Assembly (NCBI GenBank): GCA_903896505.1
Contig: CAITXU010000287.1
Span: 21,308-85,307 of the forward strand
DNA from: an uncultured Verrucomicrobiota bacterium
GTDB taxonomy: Bacteria > Verrucomicrobiota > Verrucomicrobiia > Limisphaerales > UBA9464
Direction of reading: 5' to 3'
Length of the DNA: 64,000 nucleotides
Position numbers and translations under genes: made by a program. The notes beneath the pieces were generated by a model, which had not been told where the DNA came from, did no database searches, and was given only the letters and a program-made list of their open reading frames with translations. Below, piece by piece: positions 47,919 through 55,541 of this stretch (the stretch's first letter is position 1; each line of letters opens with the position of its first letter).

Positions 47919-48230
47919 GTGGAAGCGGCGTCCCGCCGCTTGCCTTCAGGTAGAGTGGAAGTGGCGTCCCGCCGCTTGCCTTCCGGGAGAGTGGAAGCGG
48001 CGTCCCGCCGCTTGCTTTCTGGGAGAGTGGAAGTGGCGTCCCGCCGCTTGCCTTCCGGGAGAGTGGAAGCGGCGTCCCGCCGCTTGCCTTCCGGGAGAGT
48101 GGAAGCGGCGTCCCGCCGCTTGCCTTCCGGGAGAGTGGAAGTGGCGTCCCGCCGCTTGCCTTCCGGGAGAGTGGAAGCGGCGTCCCGCCGCTTGCTTTCC
48201 GGGAGAGTGGAAGCGGCGTCCCGCCGCTTA
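47919..48230 (+). repeat. tandem array of a 36-bp hairpin unit, 8 full copies plus one 24-nt partial
   Basis: Unit is gtggaagcggcgtcccgccgcttgccttccgggaga. Copies start at 47919, 47955, 47991, 48027, 48063, 48099, 48135, 48171 and 48207. There are no spacers. Each unit contains aagcggcg-tcc-cgccgctt. Confidence 0.95.
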
Positions 48231-48266
48231 TCTCCCCAAAAGCAACGAGACGTCGCTTCCACATCA

Positions 48267-48680
48267 TTATAGAAACGGGTTGACGACCCGGATGCCTCCG
48301 TAGTTTTGGCCGTGGTTGAGGTCTTCGGTGATTAATTCGGAGGCACCGGAGGCATGCGCGGCTGCCAGAATCAGCGAATCCCAGAGTGAAATCTTCCAGC
48401 GAACTTGGTGGTCGAGTGCTCCCTTGAGGAGTTCGAGCGTGTTGTCCACCACGGGCCAATCGGTGTAATCGCGAACGATACGAGCGGCTTCTTTCAGGGC
48501 GACGCCGCGTCGCGTGAAATGGACGTGCATCTCTTGCAACACCTGGACGCTGATGGCGGTCTCTCCAAGGGCCGCCCATCCCTGACTGACCAACTGGAGC
48601 GCTACCGTACGCTTGGCAGGTGCACCCAGATCGTAGGCATAAATCAGGATGTTGGTGTCAAGAAACCGGGTTGCGTTCAT
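48267..48680 (-). CDS. vapC: PIN-domain toxin VapC
   Basis: FLDTNILIYAYD ... LWDSLILAAA ... LITEDL. Confidence 0.85.
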   Translation of the reverse strand: MNATRFLDTNILIYAYDLGAPAKRTVALQLVSQGWAALGETAISVQVLQEMHVHFTRRGVALKEAARIVRDYTDWPVVDNTLELLKGALDHQVRWKISLWDSLILAAAHASGASELITEDLNHGQNYGGIRVVNPFL

Positions 48681-48891
48681 GAATTTGGGCGCGGGTCAAC
48701 GGTTGACCGTTCAGCCGGAGTCCATCTTGGAGGCGGCCAATGGCCGCATCCCGATTAGCACCATCGGCATCCGACCTGAGAACCGCGTCGAGACCCGCTT
48801 GCACGAGTTCCTTCAGGGTGGTCTTCCGCTGTGCGGCAGCCACCTTTGCCCGGTGAAGCAGATCGTCCGGCAGATCAATGGTTGTCTTCAT
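48658..48891 (-). CDS. vapB: VapB-type antitoxin (DUF2191-like)
   Basis: MKTTIDLPDDLLHRAKVAAAQRKTTLKELV. It overlaps the vapC start by 23 nt. Confidence 0.7.
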   Translation of the reverse strand: MKTTIDLPDDLLHRAKVAAAQRKTTLKELVQAGLDAVLRSDADGANRDAAIGRLQDGLRLNGQPLTRAQIHERNPVS

Positions 48892-48919
48892 TGGCAGTAG
48901 ATACAGTTTTACGGCCATA

Positions 48920-49113
48920 TTGTCAATCGGATGGGATCGTGAGTTGAAGCAGTTCGACCAGGCCGTGGGTTTTTCAAAGCCAAGGACCGACAGACGGTTA
49001 AGGCCTACTTGAATGAACTTGGAGAGCAGGGCTGGGAGATAGTGAACTTTGACCCCTGGGATGAGACCTCAACCATGGCGTTCCGCGGCGTTGCCAAGCG
49101 CGAACGACTATGA
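48920..49113 (+). pseudogene. DUF4177-like small gene with -1 frameshift in a T5 run
   Basis: Frame B reads (TTG)SIGWDRELKQFDQAVGF. Frame C continues FFKAKDRQTVKAYLNELGEQGWEIVNFDPWDE..KRERL. The frames join if the T-run 48970..48974 had six T. LNELGxxGWExV is DUF4177-like. Confidence 0.35.
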
Positions 49114-49226
49114 CTTGCAAACGCCAGGTGTCGACTAACAGCCAAGGCTGATTCGCGTGGCGGGCGTGGTTAAGAAGGCCTGCGAATTGGATCGGTGCCC
49201 ATCGAACCCATCACCCCATCCTCCTT

Positions 49227-49298
49227 TCTCTGTGTTCTCTGGGGTTGACCCTCAGGGCAGTCAACAAGAGTCCAACCACAGAGAGCTCAGAGAAGCAC
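49227..49298 (+). repeat. dispersed short repeat family B copy
   Basis: ctctgtgttctctggggttgaccctcagggcagtcaacaagagtccaaccacagagagctcagagaagcac. The arms are inverted repeats, and it is homologous to 6481..6552. Confidence 0.65.
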
Positions 49299-49349
49299 TT
49301 TATTTCAATGGCGTTTGCTTTGGGAGCCGGGGCGGGCGAAGAGCTTGGC

Positions 49350-49838
49350 TCAGCGACTGACCGGGACCGGTTGAATGGAGCTCAGGATTGAGTCGTAGCC
49401 GGTCGCCTTCGTCCAAGCGATCCGAACGGCTTCGATGGCCGCGCGATCTGCGGGGGTATCTGGCGAATAAAGAATGATGATCCGCGAGCGGGATGTTTCA
49501 ATCGCTCCGGTCTTGATGCCCTTCCACTGCCCGTAGCCGTCCAGTACGAACACTCAGCCAGGAAAGCGCGGAGCGAGCTCAAGCTCCAGATAATCGTTCC
49601 ATTTCTGGGGAGTCACATCCGGGTGTCCCCCTTCGCTCATTCCGACATAAAGTTCGGTTCGAATCCAAGTCGCCGCGCTTCGGTTGGGTGCGGGGGCAGG
49701 CGATTTCCTGTCTTCCGCCTGAGAAGGCGGTGTCAGGGCAATGGCCAGAAGTGCGACAACGGTGAAGCGCAAGGAAAAGCACCGGTTCTTTGCCATGGGA
49801 AATGAGCGTAACATGGAAGAGAGGTCAGGTAGTTGCAC
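49350..49838 (-). pseudogene. DUF3574 lipoprotein-like gene with in-frame TGA (49554..49556)
   Basis: ORFs 49554..49838 and 49350..49553 share one frame: ...ELYVGMSEGGHPDVTPQKWNDYLELELAPRFPG*VFVLDGYGQWKG...AAIEAVRIAW. Confidence 0.65.
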
Positions 49839-49934
49839 AAAAGACGATAGCGATTGGCCTGGTGGGGCGACCCTTCACGCCATGCCGACGCGCCTCGAGC
49901 TCTGTCGTAAGGACTATGTATCGGGGAAGGGTGT

Positions 49935-50990
49935 TCAGAGTTCGAGCCTGTAGACCGAGTTTCCCATTGCCGACGCGTAAAGCAGACTGTTGACGGGATC
50001 CCACGCATAACAGCCGAACCAATTCGGTTGGAACGAATAGGGTGCCCCGTTCGGCCTAAGGTCGCAGATTTTTTTCCATGTCTCTCCGGCGTCCAACGAT
50101 TTGAAAGCTCCGTCCTTACCAACAACGACCATTTCACTCTCACTTCTTCCGAAATACGGCCCGAGCCAAATGTCGACGGACGAACCCTGCCGTTTCCAAG
50201 TGGTTCCCATGTCCCGGCTGACGAGCAGACCGCTGCCATTCCCCAAATAATGCGCGCGGTTAAAGAATACCGGGGCGCGCGTTTGCGGATTTTCCGTGGA
50301 AACCAGGGACCACGTGGCCCCGAAGTCCTTGCTCAGTTGGATGCCCTCGCCCTTGCAGTAAACAAAAGCGCTGGAACTGAGGGCACCCACCATGGAAGGG
50401 CGCTCCCGCTTATCTGACAGGTGAATCGATAGCCTTCTCCACGTCTTGCCGCAGTCTTGGGTTAGATAGACCTCACCGGGTGGATCCGTCTCGTGCTTCG
50501 CCGCGATGATCGTCGTGGGAACGGGTACCGACCAGTCGACCGAACCAAAATCCCAGTTGCGACCCAAGGTAGTGAATGGTCTCCAGGCGACGCCGTCGAA
50601 CAGGCCGGATGATCCATCGAGGGAAAAACTGGCAATCCGAGTGGGATTGTTGGCGTCGACGCTGGTTCCCCAACCGGTTTCGTCGCGGCCCGAGATGGTG
50701 TCATTGTCCACCCGATGCCAGTGGGTGCCTTTGTCCGAACTGCGCCAAAGTCCCAATCCGACGACCTTGATCGTTACATCCCCATTCAACCGATCGACGA
50801 CGACTCCAGAGCATCCGCCAGGCCATGCGGGCTTTGCGCCGTTGTTGGTTAGACTACGTATCAAATCGCCGGAAATATCCGTCCAGTTGTCTGCGGCCCA
50901 GGCAAGGGGTCCGAACAGAGCCATGGCCAGGCAGACGATCACCAGAGCGAGGTGATACCCGATGGGGCGTCGATACGAAGTGGGATTCAC
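49935..50990 (-). CDS. secreted BNR/Asp-box repeat beta-propeller (sialidase-like fold)
   Basis: Five S-x-D-x-G-x-T-W boxes occur: SSDKGTHW, TQDCGKTW, SKDFGATW, SRDMGTTW, SLDAGETW. Confidence 0.65.
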   Translation of the reverse strand: MNPTSYRRPIGYHLALVIVCLAMALFGPLAWAADNWTDISGDLIRSLTNNGAKPAWPGGCSGVVVDRLNGDVTIKVVGLGLWRSSDKGTHWHRVDNDTISGRDETGWGTSVDANNPTRIASFSLDGSSGLFDGVAWRPFTTLGRNWDFGSVDWSVPVPTTIIAAKHETDPPGEVYLTQDCGKTWRRLSIHLSDKRERPSMVGALSSSAFVYCKGEGIQLSKDFGATWSLVSTENPQTRAPVFFNRAHYLGNGSGLLVSRDMGTTWKRQGSSVDIWLGPYFGRSESEMVVVGKDGAFKSLDAGETWKKICDLRPNGAPYSFQPNWFGCYAWDPVNSLLYASAMGNSVYRLEL

Positions 50991-51512
50991 ACGTCATTTT
51001 ATAAACCCTCCACCGGCCCGTTGTCGAGAAGCGTACTCGGGTGCAATTCTAAAATCGAGGACTTGAGCGGCACGACGTCCAAACTCGAGGATCAGCCTGT
51101 ACGTTTCTTTGTTTTGGAATTGTGCCAGGCGTCAGCCGTCTATTCAGTTCGGCGTTTTACAGCCCATGCGAAAGTCGTGGAATTTGCCGACTTCATTTCA
51201 ACATCATTGCCAAACGTTTACGCCCAATTGCCCAAATGCTGATGCAATTGGGGCGTCAACCCGCCGAGACCTTGGAAACCGTGATCGCAGCGGTGATTGA
51301 ACAGCGTGAGGATGCCACGGCTCACTTGACTAAAATATTTAAGATCTAATTGGAACGAATCGATGCTCAATAGGGCTGGAGGATCGGGGGTGTGGTCTTG
51401 AACCGGCCCGCACACCCCTTTGGTTGAATCCGCCATGGATACAACGGATTCTTGGGCCGGGAAGCGTCGATTGACTTTGGTGCATGTTTTGGATAACGGT
51501 CCGCATTGAACT

Positions 51513-51980
51513 GTGTCGCGAAAACTTTTCATTGTCGGGGGCGGCCTGGTCCTCTTGGTGATTGTTGTCATGCTGTGGCCGACTTCGGCTTACGATATCA
51601 AACGGGTTCATCCGAAGTTGCGCGAACTCAGTGCCCCGATTCGATCTGTCCAGACCGAATATTTTCTCGACGGAGGAAGCATCGGATTGCGCATTATCGA
51701 CGGATCAGGACGGGTGTTGGAGCTCGCGCTTCCGGTTTCTGAGGATCATACTTATGATCGTTTGTTTATTGGAGCGCTCCATATGCGCTGGACCAACGCG
51801 GCGGAAGTCGAGTTCACCCAGGACACGCGACGGATGCTGGTCGCGCTCATCGAGCGCCACGACGCTTCCGGCGAGGGTCTGTTCGCGCTGACGCATATTC
51901 GCGGAGCTTATCGCGACTATGCACGCTTCTTCACCCATTGTTTTCTGGGCCAAACCGATCAAGCCACGGCGGCACCGTGA
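51513..51980 (+). CDS. hypothetical membrane-anchored protein
   Basis: N-terminal TM (LFIVGGGLVLLVIVVMLW). No recognised motif. GTG start. Confidence 0.35.
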   Translation: MSRKLFIVGGGLVLLVIVVMLWPTSAYDIKRVHPKLRELSAPIRSVQTEYFLDGGSIGLRIIDGSGRVLELALPVSEDHTYDRLFIGALHMRWTNAAEVEFTQDTRRMLVALIERHDASGEGLFALTHIRGAYRDYARFFTHCFLGQTDQATAAP

Positions 51981-52100
51981 TTTGAAATGACCAGGAGTCC
52001 GCAAAGGGAATAGGGCCTTCATCAATAGAGTGAACGGAGTTGGCGCATAAGCACTTTACAGAGGGATCGATTTCGGGCCAATTTTATTCCTCGCAACACA

Positions 52101-52568
52101 ATGAATCCATCTTCGGCACCCATCATCGTCCAGCCTGGTGGAGGCAAGGAACTCCGCGCGTTGGGCGATATCCTCACGGTCCTCATCGAAGGTGCACAGA
52201 CCGGCGGTAAAGTTGCCGTGATGTTGGACGTGACTCCTCCGGATAGCGGTCCTCCTCTACACCGACATTCGCTTGAAGACGAACTTTTCCTCGTTATCGA
52301 TGGACGTATCAGTTATCTTACGGAGAGACGGTGGACAGAGGTGGGACCCGGCGGGGTGGTCTATCTGCCGCGCGGAACAATCCACAGTTATCGCAAGGTC
52401 GGGACTACACCGAGTCGCCAGTGGATCATCACAACGCCCTCCGGTTTTGAGACCCTTTTCAGCCGTTGCGCGGATGAGTTTGCCCTGCCAGGTGGACCTG
52501 ACATGGGGCGGATTGTCGCCATCAGCGGTGTGCACGGAATCGAGTATGTGACACCGGCTCAGGATTGA
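52101..52568 (+). CDS. cupin domain protein
   Basis: PPLHRHSLEDELFLVIDG ... VVYLPRGTIHSY. Confidence 0.7.
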   Translation: MNPSSAPIIVQPGGGKELRALGDILTVLIEGAQTGGKVAVMLDVTPPDSGPPLHRHSLEDELFLVIDGRISYLTERRWTEVGPGGVVYLPRGTIHSYRKVGTTPSRQWIITTPSGFETLFSRCADEFALPGGPDMGRIVAISGVHGIEYVTPAQD

Positions 52569-52573
52569 GGCGT

Positions 52574-52613
52574 AGCGCGTCCGATGGAGGGACATCCAAC
52601 GGAGGGACGCGCT
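52574..52613. other. GC-rich stem-loop between convergent genes
   Basis: agcgcgtcc ... ggacgcgct forms a 9-bp stem around a 22-nt loop. No clear T-run on either strand. Confidence 0.4.
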
Positions 52614-52707
52614 CCTGCAAGTCCCAAATCATTGCTGGGATCGTCACCCCTCCCGTTCAAAAGGCACCTCGGTGGCGAGGCTCCTATTGTGCGAGAGGCC
52701 GTTCAAA

Positions 52708-53223
52708 TCACGCCTTGGCGCACTTGCGGACGGTCTCCAGGGTTCGAGTCGTGATGTCCTTTCCAAAGGTGCGTTCCAGTAAAGTCATGAACACGGGGCC
52801 CTTCGGGTTCGGTAAGTACGTGGTGTAGACCTCTGTTCCCACCCGCTTCAAAATGGAAACGCCGTCTTGCTCGATCGGAAGTGGGGACACCAACCGATCG
52901 GGATTGCGTAAAAAGGTAACGATCCGCTTGGCTTCAGGGGGCACGGCGAACTCGGAGAATGGTTCCGACGCCAGGAGTTGTGTTAGATAGTCGACAGACC
53001 GCACGGTCAGGCTAAAGGCACGTCCGAGTCCCCGTTCAATCTCGGTTGCAAGACGTCCCTCCAGCGTCTCGACCGGCGATGAACGCGTCGAGAATGCGAC
53101 GTTTCCGCTCGCCAAAACCGTCCGCACGTCCGCGTAACCGGCGGCTTCAAGGCATTGGCGCAGGTCAGCCATTTTGGCGTTCGTTGGGAAGACCCCACGT
53201 AGGAAAGCAACGTAGCGAGGCAT
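52708..53223 (-). CDS. DUF1697 protein
   Basis: From the internal Met: MPRYVAFLRGVFPTNAKMADLRQCLEAAGYADVRTVLASGNVAF. Confidence 0.75.
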   Translation of the reverse strand: MPRYVAFLRGVFPTNAKMADLRQCLEAAGYADVRTVLASGNVAFSTRSSPVETLEGRLATEIERGLGRAFSLTVRSVDYLTQLLASEPFSEFAVPPEAKRIVTFLRNPDRLVSPLPIEQDGVSILKRVGTEVYTTYLPNPKGPVFMTLLERTFGKDITTRTLETVRKCAKA

Positions 53224-53380
53224 GTATTTCAGTGTGAGTCGGTCCCACGCGGGGTATTGTGCGGTGCGGCGGTCGCAGAGCGCCGGAACTGTTGTCCTGT
53301 AGTCTGTCGTGCCGGTTCTGGTGAGATTGCCTTGTCCCGGGTTGCATCTCAAGTCAACAGGCGGAACCTTGGTGCACTTT

Positions 53381-54373
53381 ATGCAGGTTACGGAGGAAAA
53401 AGCATGTGTCGTCGTGGTCGGCGCCGGGATGGCCGGCCTGACCGCAGCCAATGAACTGCGCCTCGCTGGAGCCCGGGTGCTCGTCCTCGACAAAGGCCGC
53501 GGCGTGGGCGGACGGATGGCGACCCGAAGGATCGATTGCTCCACGTTTGATCATGGGGCGCAATTCATTACCGCTCGCGACTCTCGCTTCGGTGCCCTCG
53601 TCGAGCAGGGACGCCAGGCTGGGGCGGTCGAGGAATGGTTCCGTAATAGTGCAGGCAACGCAGACGGGTTCATTCGCTGGCGTGGAACCCCAGCGATTTC
53701 AGCCTTGGCCAAGCACCTGGCACGTGGGCTGGATCTCCATTTGGAGACCACCGTGACCGGCGTGCACCGGGATGGCCGTCGCTGGCAGGTTCAAACGGAC
53801 TCAGGCTCTCTTTTCACCGCCGACGCCGTGGTTGTCACCGCCCCGGTTCCGCAGTCACTCCGGATGTTGGATGAGGGAGGCATTGTGGTTGATTCCACGA
53901 TTCGGGCGCGGCTCGAGGCCATCGAGTACAACCGCTGCCTGGCCGTTATGGCGATACTGGACGCTCCCTCCCGCATTCCAGCCCCGGGCTTCATTACTCC
54001 AGCGGAAGAGCCAATTGCCTCGATTTCAGACAATCAGTTGAAAGGAATCTCTGCGGAGCCCGCCGTGACGATTCATTCCACGCCGGCGTTTAGCTTGGAA
54101 CAGTGGGATGCCGACCGGCAGGTGTCGGGCCGCACCCTGTTGGATGCGGCCTCACCGTGGATTGGTTCGGGCATCAGGACATTTCAAGTTCACGGTTGGC
54201 GCTACAGCAAGCCGATCCGGATCGATGAAGAACGCTGCGTGGTCGCCTGCCAGTCGCCTCCGCTGATTTTTGCTGGCGATGCCTTCGGCGGCCCAAGCGT
54301 TGAAGGCGCTGCGATCTCGGGTTGGGCGGCGGCGGAGGTCATTCTGATGAATCGCCGCAAAATTACTAAGTAA
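53381..54373 (+). CDS. FAD-dependent oxidoreductase (amine oxidase/renalase-like)
   Basis: The Rossmann motif is VVVVGAGMAGLTAANELRLAGARVLVLDKGRGVGGR. Confidence 0.75.
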   Translation: MQVTEEKACVVVVGAGMAGLTAANELRLAGARVLVLDKGRGVGGRMATRRIDCSTFDHGAQFITARDSRFGALVEQGRQAGAVEEWFRNSAGNADGFIRWRGTPAISALAKHLARGLDLHLETTVTGVHRDGRRWQVQTDSGSLFTADAVVVTAPVPQSLRMLDEGGIVVDSTIRARLEAIEYNRCLAVMAILDAPSRIPAPGFITPAEEPIASISDNQLKGISAEPAVTIHSTPAFSLEQWDADRQVSGRTLLDAASPWIGSGIRTFQVHGWRYSKPIRIDEERCVVACQSPPLIFAGDAFGGPSVEGAAISGWAAAEVILMNRRKITK

Positions 54374-54498
54374 TAGCCCATGGTGATGGCTTCAACGTTG
54401 CGACGATGCGGCGCGGAACCGGAGGTTTGGTGTTCTCGAATGGCTTTAGTTCCGCGATGGCGTGGGTGTCTGAAGCCCAAATGCAGTACAATGCAAAC

Positions 54499-55518
54499 TT
54501 AAAAGCTCCAGCGCAAACCCGCCAACCCAATCACGGTTTCGCTCAGGTCCAATTGGACCGACCTCGGACCTGCCGATTGGTTGAAGGTTCCCAGGTACTC
54601 GAATCCGACTCCCCCGAAGACGGAAGCCGAACGCCAGAAGCGATAGTTTAGTTCGGCTTCGACATAGACTCCGGGAAGGATTCCAGTGCCTTGATGACCT
54701 CCTGAAATGGATCGTGTGGAATCGCTCGTGGCGATCGATTCCGAATACGAAAGCGTGCTGTCGATGATCCCCAAGGCAAGACCTGCACTCACCTCCAAGG
54801 ATAGGCGGTCTGAAATCCAATACTTTGCATCCGGGCCCAAGTGCAATTGGTAAAGGTCTGCGTCCACGCTGCGGCTCCCGGAGATTTGCGCGCCTCTGGG
54901 TGTGGTTTGGCTGGAACGGGTGGGTGTGCTTCCAATTGCAATGCCCGGTCCTTGAAACGCACCGTTGTACGGTGCCAGCGGCGCCAGAAGTCCGTTAAGG
55001 GGATACGAATCGGTCACCTGCGACACGTCGACGGAGTATCCTTGCCGGTCCTCCAATCGAATCGTGTTGTAGGCAAATGCCGTTTTCAGGCCCCAATTTC
55101 CCCAACGTTCGTGGCCGAAATCACGCACGTAGCCCAATTCAAATCCGAGACTGGGGTCATCCCGACGGGAGGTTGTTACTCCTGTGAGAGAACTGGTGTG
55201 AAATTGAACGGTGTCGTTGCCGGGCACCTGGGAGTTATTCTTGTATCCCCAGTTCCAAGTGAGGCCGCCTTGGTTTCCGCTGGAGTCAACCTTCACGAAA
55301 CCGTCTCCATAGGTTCGGTCTGCGGCCCCTCCGCTGGAAGGGGCAGGGGGAGGGACGGACCCGACCCCCCCCACGTTTTGAAACCTGGCCCGGATATTGA
55401 AGGATAGTCGGGCTTCGGTACTGAAGTGGTTCCATTCCGAATCGTCCGGGGTTTGACCCAGTAAGAAAGGCGGAACGGCGAGTGAGGTGGCAAGTGCAGT
55501 AAGGAAGACAGTGCGCAT
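54499..55518 (-). CDS. putative outer-membrane beta-barrel protein
   Basis: Signal peptide, alternating beta-strand pattern, and a C-terminal aromatic end (GLRWSF). It lies 24 nt downstream of the giant surface protein gene. Confidence 0.5.
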   Translation of the reverse strand: MRTVFLTALATSLAVPPFLLGQTPDDSEWNHFSTEARLSFNIRARFQNVGGVGSVPPPAPSSGGAADRTYGDGFVKVDSSGNQGGLTWNWGYKNNSQVPGNDTVQFHTSSLTGVTTSRRDDPSLGFELGYVRDFGHERWGNWGLKTAFAYNTIRLEDRQGYSVDVSQVTDSYPLNGLLAPLAPYNGAFQGPGIAIGSTPTRSSQTTPRGAQISGSRSVDADLYQLHLGPDAKYWISDRLSLEVSAGLALGIIDSTLSYSESIATSDSTRSISGGHQGTGILPGVYVEAELNYRFWRSASVFGGVGFEYLGTFNQSAGPRSVQLDLSETVIGLAGLRWSF

Positions 55519-55541
55519 AAGCCTGAAAGGAGATAGGTGGC

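Noticed and set aside
47861-48579. Three long ORFs across the 36-bp array encoding 12-aa repeats (RRDAASTLPEGK, GGTPLPLSRKAS, EAASRRLPSGRV). The possibility that the array is a CRISPR locus.
   Set aside because: All frames are open simply because the unit has no stop codons. The units are contiguous with no spacers, so it is not CRISPR. Variation follows RNA-stem logic rather than codon logic, and no cas genes are present in the window.
49554-49556. In-frame TGA codons (also at 61264..61266) as selenocysteine or a reassigned genetic code.
   Set aside because: Conserved full-length genes here stop on TGA (dinB, cysK). In-frame TAA and TAG also occur in other genes. The affected families are not selenoproteins, and no SECIS-like hairpin was noticed.
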